The notes under the pieces: model-generated
Told to the model about the DNA's origin: nothing
The model's database searches: none
The model's input: only the letters and a program-made list of their open reading frames with translations
Program-made: the position numbers and the translations under genes
Shown: piece by piece, positions 18,454 through 26,864 of the stretch
How the letters are laid out: each line of letters begins with the position of its first letter
Position numbering within the stretch: position 1 is the stretch's first letter
Assembly (NCBI GenBank): GCA_963749215.1
Contig: CAVVMA010000018.1
Location: 238,922-302,921, forward strand
Length of the DNA: 64,000 nt
Source: an uncultured delta proteobacterium
GTDB lineage: Bacteria; Desulfobacterota; Binatia; Binatales; Binataceae
Direction of reading: 5' to 3'

Positions 18454-19429
18454 GGCCGGCAATCGCAGCGCTCGTGAACCGGTCCTTCAACTCTTTGGCC
18501 ATGGCGTTGAAGGAAAACTTGGGGGCGCCATCGGCATGCCACAAGCCCCAGTGCGGGCCCCACGAGTTTTGCGCGACGAGCCAGGGCTCGTCGAATGCCT
18601 CGAACAGAAAGGTGGAGCCGAGCTGATTTGAGTTCGCAAAGATCTGCCGGGTGTAGGTAGCCTCGTGGGCGACGCTCGGGACCGCAGCTTTGTTCTCGGC
18701 GCCCGCGCTGGGCCAACCGGTCTCGCCGATTATTACCTCCTTGCCTGCAAACATTTGGTTGAACATGTAGTACGTTCCAATGAGATTGTTTATGGCGTCA
18801 TGATCGCCGATCGGCACCGGCCCGTAAAATGGGTAGATGTTAATCATTATGGAGTCGACGTAATGTTCAAGCTGAGTCGTAATATCAGGGTTGCCGGCGT
18901 CTCCATACTCGAGCTCGGTAGTTACTTGCACGCCGGTGTTTTCAAGCCTCTCGCGGACATACTGCAAATCGGCGACCAGCTGACTTACCGAAATTCCATT
19001 TGGGGTGTCCGTCAGGAGACACTCGTTGCCCACCACGACGGCTACCACCGTCTTGGGGTAACGGTTGGCCAGGCTGATCGCAGTATCAAGAAATGTGGTG
19101 TTGTTCGAACTGTTGTACGCGGAGTCCTCATAGACGCCCTGGTAGACTCTGAGTTTGGGAAAATGGGTGGCGGCGATGGGAACCACTTGGTCCAGGCCCG
19201 AAGGCGTATCGTCGCCGTAGGTCTTGATATACGTGAACTTGCTGGAAATGATTCCCAGGTCTGATCTGAACTGCTCATGAGAGATGAGGGTACCTGGCGC
19301 CTGGCCTCCATGATGAAACGGTCCGTAATTGATTCCGAGGAACGGTCCCGCTAACGCCGAGCCCGACGTCATCAGGAGCAGCAAGCCGGCTAACAGGTCA
19401 AGACCCGATCTGATCTTGGTGGTGCTCAT
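18440..19429 (-). CDS. Secreted glycoside hydrolase family 17 (beta-1,3-glucanase/glucanosyltransferase-like)
   Basis: Signal peptide. GINYGP... VVVGNE (acid/base Glu). VIIGETGWPSAG matches the GH17 signature around the nucleophile Glu. FLFEAFDEPW. Confidence 0.75.
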   Translation of the reverse strand: MSTTKIRSGLDLLAGLLLLMTSGSALAGPFLGINYGPFHHGGQAPGTLISHEQFRSDLGIISSKFTYIKTYGDDTPSGLDQVVPIAATHFPKLRVYQGVYEDSAYNSSNNTTFLDTAISLANRYPKTVVAVVVGNECLLTDTPNGISVSQLVADLQYVRERLENTGVQVTTELEYGDAGNPDITTQLEHYVDSIMINIYPFYGPVPIGDHDAINNLIGTYYMFNQMFAGKEVIIGETGWPSAGAENKAAVPSVAHEATYTRQIFANSNQLGSTFLFEAFDEPWLVAQNSWGPHWGLWHADGAPKFSFNAMAKELKDRFTSAAIAGPSRE

Positions 19430-19495
19430 CGAGTGTCAGGTCTCGGGGTGTCAGGTCCTTACCTTAGAGGCAAGGGGAAGAGAAAGCCCCCTGAC

Positions 19496-20647
19496 TTAGA
19501 CGCCGGCCTGGAGTTGGAGTAGTTCCAGCGTCACCTCGGCGGTCGCGATCATATCTTTCACGTCGAGCCATTCGCGCAGCGTGTGAATATCGCGCATGCC
19601 GGTGCCCAGGTTCGCGACCACCATGCCGCGCTGATTGAGGATGTTGGCGTCGCATCCGCCGCCCATCGCCTCGGGCTTCACCACCCGACCCGCGCGCCGC
19701 GCCGCCTCGACAACCTTGCGCACGATCGGCGCGTCGTCGGGGACATTCATCGCTTCGTACTCGGGCGCGGCCTTGTAGTCGAGCTTGGCCTCGAAACGCT
19801 GCCCCTCGATCGTGACGCTCGCCTTGGCGACCGCCTGCTTGAAGCAATCGACCATGTGCTCGACCTGGGCGGTCAGCTTGGCGTTGTCGCGCGAGCGGGC
19901 CTCGCCGCGCACGATCACTTCGTTGGGTACGATGTTGAGCGCGCGGCCGCCCTCGATTCGTCCGAGGTTGGCGGTGGTTTCGTGATCGATCCGCCCCAGT
20001 CGCATCGCCGCGATCGCCTCGGCCGCCACCTTGATCGCGGAAATCCCGCGTTCCGGCGCCATCCCGGCGTGCGCCTCCAGCCCTTTGACCGTGAAGCTCA
20101 CGACGTACGCGCCCGGCGCGCGCACGAACAGGTAGCCGGGCGAGTCGCTGTCGTAGACCAGTCCCTCGCGCGCCTCGATCAGGCCGAGGTCGAGGTAGCG
20201 GGCGCCGAGCAGGCCGACCTCTTCGCAAATCGTGAAGACCACGTCGATCGGCCCGTGCGCGATGTCGCTCTCGCGCAATCGATGGAGCACTTCGCAAATG
20301 ATCGCACATCCGGACTTGTCGTCTCCGCCGAGCACGGTGCTGCCGTCGGTCCTTATGATATCGCCCTCGACGATCGGCTTGACGCCCTCGCCGGGCACGA
20401 CGGTGTCCATGTGGGCGCAGAGCAGAATCGGAGGTGCACCCTTCACCTTGCCGGGAATGCGGCCGATCAGGTTGCCGGTGTTGCCCTTGACGCGCTCGCC
20501 GGCGCCGTCGAACTTGCAAGCCGCGCCACAGGCTTCGAGCTCGCGCTGGAGCCGAAGCGCGACCTCGCGCTCGCGCCGCGATAGAGAATCGATCTGGACC
20601 AGTTCGAGGAAGAGATTCTTCAGGCGATCATTGTTGACAGTTGCCAT
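19496..20647 (-). CDS. M20-family metallopeptidase (tripeptidase/PepT-like)
   Basis: LVQIDSLSRRE...LLCAHMDTVVPG...VLGGDDKSGCAII...VFTICEEVGLLGA...RIEGG. Start at the internal ATG at 20647. Confidence 0.85.
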   Translation of the reverse strand: MATVNNDRLKNLFLELVQIDSLSRREREVALRLQRELEACGAACKFDGAGERVKGNTGNLIGRIPGKVKGAPPILLCAHMDTVVPGEGVKPIVEGDIIRTDGSTVLGGDDKSGCAIICEVLHRLRESDIAHGPIDVVFTICEEVGLLGARYLDLGLIEAREGLVYDSDSPGYLFVRAPGAYVVSFTVKGLEAHAGMAPERGISAIKVAAEAIAAMRLGRIDHETTANLGRIEGGRALNIVPNEVIVRGEARSRDNAKLTAQVEHMVDCFKQAVAKASVTIEGQRFEAKLDYKAAPEYEAMNVPDDAPIVRKVVEAARRAGRVVKPEAMGGGCDANILNQRGMVVANLGTGMRDIHTLREWLDVKDMIATAEVTLELLQLQAGV

Positions 20648-20737
20648 TGGGAGCCACCAGCAGAACAGGTTCGCGCAAGTCGTAGCGCGACACAATGGCG
20701 ACGGCGCTGGTGCTTGAGAACCGCAAACGCAAAGGGT

Positions 20738-20847
20738 TCCCCCTTCCCGCCCTTAGGGAAGGGGGACAGGGGGTTAGGTTTCTGGAAGTCCCGAGCGCGG
20801 CAGAATACCTCTCCCCCGGCCCCTCTCCCAAAAAAGGAGAGGGGAGC
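20738..20847. repeat. Structured intergenic repeat, variant subfamily
   Basis: CCCCCTTCCCGCCCTTAGGGAAGGGGG...GGGGTTAGGTTTC...CCCCTCTCCCAAAAAAGGAGAGGGG. Confidence 0.7.
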
Positions 20848-20910
20848 CCGATGCTAGGTGTTCTGGGGAGGACCGGCGTGCCGCCGGTCTGTGCTCCCCC
20901 GAGTCAGGTG

Positions 20911-22752
20911 TCAGCGGGCGGTGGCGGTGCGGGGGAGAGGAGCCTGGGAATCGAGATTCGCGGTCAATTCGGCGCGGAGGCGCTTGAGCTCCGCCGGCAT
21001 GGTCGGACCTATTTTGTCGAACAGCTCGCCCGCCGATTCCATTTCGGCTTTCCATTCCCTGGGATCGACGGCGAGCGCTTGCCGGATGGTCTCGTGCGAG
21101 ATGTCGAGACCCGAAAGATCGAGGTCGGCTTCGTTGGGAACTCCGCCCGCCGGCGTTTCGATCGCGTGCACGCGGCCATGAATCCGATCGAGCATCCAGC
21201 CGAGCACGCGAAGGTTTTCGCCGTAGCCGGGCCACAGGAATTTGCCGTCGGCGCTCTTCCTGAACCAATTGACCATGAAGACTTTGGGCGGGCGACTGAT
21301 TGCTTTGCGCATCTCGAGCCAATGGGCGAAATAGTCGCCCATGTTGTAGCCGCAGAACGGCAGCATCGCCATCGGGTCGCGCCGCACGACGCCGACCGCG
21401 CCGGCCGCCGCCGCAGTGGTCTCCGAGCCCATCGTCGCGCCCATGAAGACCCCGTGCGTCCAGTCCGAAGATTCGAGCACCAGCGGCATCGTAGTGGCGC
21501 GACGGCCGCCGAAGATTATTGCCGAGATCGGCACGCCTTGGGGATCGTTGGCGTGCGACGACATCACCGGATTGTTCACCATCGGGGTGGTGAAGCGGCT
21601 GTTTGGATGGGCCGCCTTGTCTGCGGGATTGCGGCTCCAGGGCTTGCCGTGCCAGTCGATCAGTCCGGCGGGCGGATCGACCTCCATCCCTTCCCACCAC
21701 ACGTCGCCGTCGGGCGTCATCGCGACATTGGTGAAGATCGAATCATGATGGATCATTCGCATCGCGTTCGGGTTTGACTTCGCGCTGGTTCCCGGCGCGA
21801 CGCCGAAGTAGCCGTTCTCCGGATTGATCGCCCACAGACGGCCGTCGGAGCCGACTCGCAGCCACGCGATATCGTCGCCGATCGTCGAAACGCGCCATCC
21901 CTTGGCCGCCATCGCGGGCGGCGGCGTGAGCATCGCCAGATTGGTCTTGCCGCAGGCGCTGGGAAACGCGGCGGTGACGTAGGTGGACTCGCCCTCGGGG
22001 CTGGTGATTTCCAGGATCAGCATGTGCTCCGCGAGCCATCCTTCCCGGCGCCCCATCGCGCTGGCGATCCTGAGCGCGAAACACTTCTTGCTGAGCAATG
22101 CGTTGCCGCCGTAGCCGCTGCCGACCGACCAGATCGCGTCGTCCTGCGGGAAGTGGCAAATCAGCCGGCGGTCGGGATTGAGATCGAGCGTGCAATGCAC
22201 GCCGCGATTGAATTCCCCCGACGCGCCGAGCATCTCCAGCGCCGCCTTGCCCATCCGGGTCATGATCCGCATGTTCAGCGCGACGTAGATGCTGTCGGTG
22301 ATTTCGATTCCGACCTTGGCGCTGGGCGAGCCGAGCGGACCCATCACGTAAGGCACGACGTACATCGTGCGGCCGCGCATCGAGCCGTCGAGCCATCCGC
22401 GCAGCTTGCGATAAGTTTCTTCAGGGGCCGCCCAGTTGTTGGTCGGACCAGCTTCCTGCTTGGTGGGCGTGCAGATGAAGGTGAGCTGCTCGGTGCGCGC
22501 GACGTTGTTGGGATCCGAGCGATGGAGATAGCAGCCGGGGCGTTTGCTCTGATTGAGCGGGACCAGGATACCGGCGTCGACAGCCTGCTGCGTGAGGCGG
22601 CGCCTTTCTTCCTCCGAGCCATCGCACCAGTGGATACGATCGGGCTTGGCCAAGCCCGCGATTTCCGCGACCCACTCAGCGAGCGCGCGGCTTCGCGTGT
22701 TGAAACTCCCTGGGGGCAAATCCCGCGTCACTTCAGCGGCCTCGTTTCCCAC
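20911..22752 (-). CDS. pckG: Phosphoenolpyruvate carboxykinase (GTP)
   Basis: 613 aa, full-length match by eye to GTP-PEPCK: RIHWCDGSEEE, ARTEQLTFIC, MYVVPYVMGP, FPSACGKTNLAML, GDDIAWL, FGGRR. Confidence 0.95.
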   Translation of the reverse strand: MGNEAAEVTRDLPPGSFNTRSRALAEWVAEIAGLAKPDRIHWCDGSEEERRRLTQQAVDAGILVPLNQSKRPGCYLHRSDPNNVARTEQLTFICTPTKQEAGPTNNWAAPEETYRKLRGWLDGSMRGRTMYVVPYVMGPLGSPSAKVGIEITDSIYVALNMRIMTRMGKAALEMLGASGEFNRGVHCTLDLNPDRRLICHFPQDDAIWSVGSGYGGNALLSKKCFALRIASAMGRREGWLAEHMLILEITSPEGESTYVTAAFPSACGKTNLAMLTPPPAMAAKGWRVSTIGDDIAWLRVGSDGRLWAINPENGYFGVAPGTSAKSNPNAMRMIHHDSIFTNVAMTPDGDVWWEGMEVDPPAGLIDWHGKPWSRNPADKAAHPNSRFTTPMVNNPVMSSHANDPQGVPISAIIFGGRRATTMPLVLESSDWTHGVFMGATMGSETTAAAAGAVGVVRRDPMAMLPFCGYNMGDYFAHWLEMRKAISRPPKVFMVNWFRKSADGKFLWPGYGENLRVLGWMLDRIHGRVHAIETPAGGVPNEADLDLSGLDISHETIRQALAVDPREWKAEMESAGELFDKIGPTMPAELKRLRAELTANLDSQAPLPRTATAR

Positions 22753-22841
22753 AACCGGTCCCTATTTGCTTAGATTAGCACAGCCGCAAATGCAAGCGAT
22801 ATCGTATTAGTACCGCTCATCGTCGAATTCGGCTGGCGAAA

Positions 22842-22854
22842 CCCCGGCCCGGGG
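22842..22854 (-). terminator. Possible weak intrinsic terminator after the ferritin-like operon
   Basis: CCCCGG-C-CCGGGG palindrome followed by TTT on the minus strand, about 20 nt past the stop at 22875. Confidence 0.3.
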
Positions 22855-22874
22855 TGAGGCGACCGGTTCGTCGC

Positions 22875-23642
22875 TCAGTACGCGACGCTTTTCCGCGTGG
22901 CGGCGATCAGCCGCTCGATTTCTTCCTCGCTGAAACCGGCCAGCAGGCGCGCCTCTATGGCGATCGTGATAAACGGACCGGCGTCGGTCTTGACGTCTTC
23001 GCGCGCGCGACGGCCGCCGCCGAAGTTGAACATCTCGTCGATCCGATCCTGGAAATCCAGCGCCCGCTTGAGCCGCTCGGGATCGCCCTCGGTCAGCTTG
23101 CGCATCCATTGCGAGCCCATCCGGACGTGGGTGATTTCGTCGGCCAGCACGTAGTCCACCGCGCGCTCGATAACCTCGTCGCCGTTATGCTGCGCGATCC
23201 TGATTAGCTGCTCGAAGACGTTGCAGGCCAGACCCTCCAGCCCGCGATTGATTCCCGCCACGCGCGCAGCCGGATCTTCGGCCTGCGTGCATCGCCAGAG
23301 GATTTCGGTCTCGGTGTACTCGCCGGCATAGCCGCCGAGATATTCGAGCAGGCGCTGGAAGATTTCGGCATGGCGCGATTCGTCCCATACCTGGCGCGCC
23401 ATGTCGAGCTGGAACTCCCACGGCGCGTCGGGAAAGTCGAACAGCGTCCGTCCCGCGGCCTCCATCGCCTGCACCTCGCCGGTGTAGATTCCATGCAGTC
23501 GCGCGCGCAGCGCCTCCTCGTCGAATGGAATGACTCGCCCGTCCAGCGCCTGTGCTTCGCGAATCTCGCGAGCCTGACGGCCGCGCAGCAGCACGAAGCG
23601 ATCCTCGCGAGCCAGCTTGTGCACCGGTATGCATCTTTGCAT
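22875..23642 (-). CDS. Ferritin-like di-iron-carboxylate protein, DUF455-like, paralog B
   Basis: 255 aa. Ligand-like pattern GEVQAME / WDESRHAE / GLEGLACNV / ADEITHVRMG (E, ExxH, E, ExxH), reminiscent of the DUF455/MiaE clan. Confidence 0.7.
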   Translation of the reverse strand: MQRCIPVHKLAREDRFVLLRGRQAREIREAQALDGRVIPFDEEALRARLHGIYTGEVQAMEAAGRTLFDFPDAPWEFQLDMARQVWDESRHAEIFQRLLEYLGGYAGEYTETEILWRCTQAEDPAARVAGINRGLEGLACNVFEQLIRIAQHNGDEVIERAVDYVLADEITHVRMGSQWMRKLTEGDPERLKRALDFQDRIDEMFNFGGGRRAREDVKTDAGPFITIAIEARLLAGFSEEEIERLIAATRKSVAY

Positions 23643-23696
23643 GGTGATGAGTCCTCTTTCTGCTTTCGCCGGGCTTGCCTTGGTGGTGTTTGCGGC

Positions 23697-24497
23697 TCAG
23701 TAAGCAGCGCTGCGCGCTGCTGCCCTGACGATACGCTCGATTTCCTCTTCAGTGAAGCCGGCCAGCAGGCGTGCGTCTTTTGCGATTGTTAACGTGGCGT
23801 CGAACTGGATTTCCTTTTCGGCCACCCGCTGCGGCACCTGGCGTGCATCTTCCTGGGTGGTGCGTCCGCCGTTGAAGTTGAACAGGTTGTCGATATTGGC
23901 CTGGAAGTCCTGCGCCCGCTTGAGCCGCTCGGGATCGCCCTCGGTCAGCTTGCGCATCCATTGCGAGCCCATCCGGACGTGCGTGATCTCGTCCGCCAGC
24001 ACATAATCGACCGCGCGCTCGATCACCGGGTCGCCCATCTTTTGCGCGAGCCGGATTATCTGCTCGAAGACGTTGCAAGCGAGCCCTTCAAGTCCGCGAT
24101 TGATCCCGGCTACGCGGCAGGCCGGGTCGTCGACCTGCGTGCACGACCAGAGGACTTCGCTCTCGGGAAATTCGCCCAGATACGAACCGACGTACTCGAG
24201 CAGCTTCATATAGATTTCGGCGTGGCGCGACTCGTCCCATACCTGGCGCGCCATGTCGAGCTGGAACTCCCATGGCGCCTCGGGGAAATCGAACAGCGAG
24301 CGTCCCGCCGCTTCCATTGCCTGGATCTCGCCCGCGCAGATACCGTGCAGGCGGCCCTTGAGGAAGTCATCTTCGTACGGCATCGCGTTGAACGGGAGCA
24401 GCTTCTGGTCCAGGCGCGCCTGCTGAAGATCTTCGAGCGGAACGAGGATGTGATTCTCGGAACGGGCGAGTTTGTCAACCGGGATGAATTTCTGCAT
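23697..24497 (-). CDS. Ferritin-like di-iron-carboxylate protein, DUF455-like, paralog A
   Basis: 266 aa. GEIQAME / WDESRHAE / GLEGLACNV / ADEITHVRMG. Core nearly identical to paralog B, with a 10-aa C-terminal insertion. Confidence 0.7.
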   Translation of the reverse strand: MQKFIPVDKLARSENHILVPLEDLQQARLDQKLLPFNAMPYEDDFLKGRLHGICAGEIQAMEAAGRSLFDFPEAPWEFQLDMARQVWDESRHAEIYMKLLEYVGSYLGEFPESEVLWSCTQVDDPACRVAGINRGLEGLACNVFEQIIRLAQKMGDPVIERAVDYVLADEITHVRMGSQWMRKLTEGDPERLKRAQDFQANIDNLFNFNGGRTTQEDARQVPQRVAEKEIQFDATLTIAKDARLLAGFTEEEIERIVRAAARSAAY

Positions 24498-24535
24498 GGT
24501 CTCTTCTCCTGCGGCTTTTTGAAAAACCCGTAAAA

Positions 24536-24582
24536 CCCCTCTCTTATCTCCCCCGCGGGGGGAGAAGGTTAAGGAAGGGAGT
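24536..24582. repeat. Short degenerate member of the structured repeat family
   Basis: CCCCTCTCTTATCTCCCCCGCGGGGGGAGAAGGTTAAGGAAGGGAG, in the 101-nt gap inside the operon. Confidence 0.5.
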
Positions 24583-24598
24583 TACTCACTCCTCTACG

Positions 24599-24991
24599 TC
24601 ATTTCGTCCAGGCCGAGCGGCGGCCGGTTAGACTTTTCGCTTCCCAGATCATCCAGCGGCCTTCGTGTTCGCCGAGCCTGACCTGGATCAGAATCGGCGC
24701 GGCGCCCGGCCCGATGATTCGGGCCTTGACGTAGTAGTGTCGATTGGCGCGGGCCTGCGCGACGATTTCATGTCGATCATACAGGCCCGCGCGGACGCCT
24801 TGGGCAAGCCCGCCCGCCTCGGCCCGCGCCCGCTCCATCGCCATCGCTTCGAGTCCGATACGATCGCCCGCGGCGATCAGCTCCAGCACGCGTTCGGCGG
24901 CCGCGGTCATCTCGGCCGGCACCGGGCTCCGCTGCGCGATCGGCTGCGGACCCATCACGTTGGCGCGGTTGCCGAGATCAGGCATTGCCAT
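24599..24991 (-). CDS. Hypothetical 130-aa protein (paralog of 24978..25370)
   Basis: C-terminal half YDRHEIVAQARANRHYYVKARIIGPGAAPILIQVRLGEHEGRWMIWEAKSLTGRRSAW aligns with FDSFELLARAKIGFQQVAKIRWTSRDGQPVLLQIRWGQQADRNWKILNVEDLTVKRSPW of its neighbour. Confidence 0.6.
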   Translation of the reverse strand: MAMPDLGNRANVMGPQPIAQRSPVPAEMTAAAERVLELIAAGDRIGLEAMAMERARAEAGGLAQGVRAGLYDRHEIVAQARANRHYYVKARIIGPGAAPILIQVRLGEHEGRWMIWEAKSLTGRRSAWTK

Positions 24992-25370
24992 TCCTGGGAC
25001 GCATAAGAGCGGCGAGCGGCGGTATATCGGCCCACGGCGATCGCTTGACGGTCAAGTCCTCGACGTTGAGGATCTTCCAGTTTCGATCGGCCTGCTGACC
25101 CCATCGGATCTGGAGCAGGACTGGCTGCCCGTCCCGCGAGGTCCATCGAATCTTCGCGACTTGCTGAAAGCCGATTTTGGCGCGCGCCAGCAACTCGAAC
25201 GAGTCGAACGGGCGCTTCGGCTCGGCCGCAGCCATCGCGGCGCGATGACTCTCAATTCCGGGCTCGGCAACCATCCGCTCGGCGCCGTCGCGATCGCCGG
25301 CCAGAAAGGCCCGCGCGTACGCCTCAATATCGCGGTCGAGCTCGGGGATAGGTGTGCGCTTGATCGTCAA
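24978..25370 (-). CDS. Hypothetical 130-aa protein (paralog of 24599..24991)
   Basis: Likely TTG start at 25370, overlapping the upstream TGA (TTGA). The upstream part of ORF 24978..25463 is Arg-rich. I recognise no known domain. Confidence 0.6.
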   Translation of the reverse strand: MTIKRTPIPELDRDIEAYARAFLAGDRDGAERMVAEPGIESHRAAMAAAEPKRPFDSFELLARAKIGFQQVAKIRWTSRDGQPVLLQIRWGQQADRNWKILNVEDLTVKRSPWADIPPLAALMRPRNGNA

Positions 25371-25984
25371 CTGCGTCCGAGCCTCGCGGGCTCTTCTTGT
25401 TTGTCGGCGAAGCCGGTCACGCCACCCGAGGCGGCCAGCGCTTCGTCGAGTTGTGCTTCCCATTGCGACGCGCGGCGATGCTTCTCCGCCGAATCGAGCA
25501 GATCGGCGAGCAGCACCGAACCGCGCTCGACGTGGCGCTTCTCCTCATCGACCAGCCGGGCCAGAATCCTGAGCGTCGGCGGCTCGTAGACCGGGTTGGC
25601 GGCCTCGATATGCGCGCTGTAATGGGAAATCAGATGGGGTTTCAGCACGCGGTAGATTCCGACCAGCCGCTCGATAGTGTCCTCCCACTCTTCCTTGTCC
25701 TCGATCATATTCATGAAGGTGACGAAAGCCGGGTTGGGCGGCTTGGAGACCTGGGCCTGGCTGCGCAGCTCGCCCAGGCGCTTGCCGAAAGCGTCGGCGT
25801 GCAGCGCGTCCTCGTAGACTTGGCGCGCCATTTCGAGCTTGACCTGCAGCTCCGGCGTAAGCGCGATCCAGCCCGCCATCATGCGCATCATGCGCTCTTC
25901 GGCGTAGCGGTAGTTCATGATGTAAGTGGCGCTCTGGCGGACGCTGTAGACGCCGTCCATCGTGCGTCGATCGTAAAATGCCAT
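25367..25984 (-). CDS. All-helical ferritin-like protein (third putative di-iron component)
   Basis: 205 aa. YAEERMMRMMAGW, ARQVYEDALHADAFGKRL, HIEAANPVYEPP, LVDEEKRHVERG: carboxylate/His motifs spaced as in four-helix-bundle oxygenase subunits (PaaA/PaaC-like feel). Confidence 0.55.
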   Translation of the reverse strand: MAFYDRRTMDGVYSVRQSATYIMNYRYAEERMMRMMAGWIALTPELQVKLEMARQVYEDALHADAFGKRLGELRSQAQVSKPPNPAFVTFMNMIEDKEEWEDTIERLVGIYRVLKPHLISHYSAHIEAANPVYEPPTLRILARLVDEEKRHVERGSVLLADLLDSAEKHRRASQWEAQLDEALAASGGVTGFADKQEEPARLGRS

Positions 25985-26015
25985 CGATAAAAACTCCCGC
26001 GGTCTCCTCTGTGCT

Positions 26016-26684
26016 CTACGCTCCGGCGCGATTTGGTTTGGGCGCGTCCGCGGCCTCACTCAGGCCGGGCGCGAAGAAGCGGCCCTGGACGATCGCTGCG
26101 ATCTCGCGCCAGTAGGTTTCCTTGGCGGTGTCGCGCAGCAGGCCGGCGCCCATCGCCCATCCGGCGCACAGCATATGAACCGCTTCGACCACGCTTTTGA
26201 GATCATCGAACTGAATCACGCCGCGCCGCCGTCCGCGTTCGAGCACGTCGGCGACCACGCCGGTGTATCCTTCGCGGACTCGCTCGAAGGTGGCGCGATA
26301 GCCGGCGCGGCGCGCGAGATAGCGGACCTCGTGATGGAGCACGGTGAAGGCCTCGCGATAGCGGTCGATTACGTCCAGCGTCGCGCGCATCACTTCGAGC
26401 AGCTCGCGGCGCGGATCGCCGCCGGTGCGCTCGCGGATTCCGGGCAGGGCCTCGGTCAGTTCGGCGACCATCGATTCGGCCAGCAGCGCGAGAATGTCGT
26501 CCTTGCTCTGGAGATAGAGATAGATCGAGCCCGCCGCGATCCCGGCTTCGAGCGCAATCTCCTTGACGGTCGCTTCATGGAACGACTTGCGCTCGAGCAC
26601 GCGACACGCCGCGAGAAATATCTGGCGTCGCCGCGCGCGCACGAGCGACTCGTCCTGCGGCGGAGTCTTCAGCGCTTCGGCCAT
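26016..26684 (-). CDS. TetR-family transcriptional regulator
   Basis: N-terminal HTH RRRQIFLAACRVLERKSFHEATVKEIALEAGIAAGSIYLYLQSKDDIL. First gene of the minus-strand operon. Confidence 0.9.
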   Translation of the reverse strand: MAEALKTPPQDESLVRARRRQIFLAACRVLERKSFHEATVKEIALEAGIAAGSIYLYLQSKDDILALLAESMVAELTEALPGIRERTGGDPRRELLEVMRATLDVIDRYREAFTVLHHEVRYLARRAGYRATFERVREGYTGVVADVLERGRRRGVIQFDDLKSVVEAVHMLCAGWAMGAGLLRDTAKETYWREIAAIVQGRFFAPGLSEAADAPKPNRAGA

Positions 26685-26741
26685 TTGGAGTAGAAAACGG
26701 CGCCAACGACAGTGGCGCACCGTCTCAATCCGAGCGTATTG

Positions 26742-26755
26742 AATGAACGTTCATT
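26742..26755. promoter_or_regulatory. Perfect 14-bp palindrome AATGAACGTTCATT, candidate TetR operator
   Basis: Lies 58-71 nt upstream of the tetR start and ~110 nt upstream of the divergent DDN-type reductase gene, in an AT-richer patch. Confidence 0.55.
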
Positions 26756-26864
26756 TTGTCAAGCTCCGATCGCGATCACCGGATAGAAGAACCCGGTTTC
26801 GCGTCGCGGGGTGCGGCGGGTTATTCTGGCCCGCGCAGTCCCTAATCGGCGCGAGGTGAAGAGG

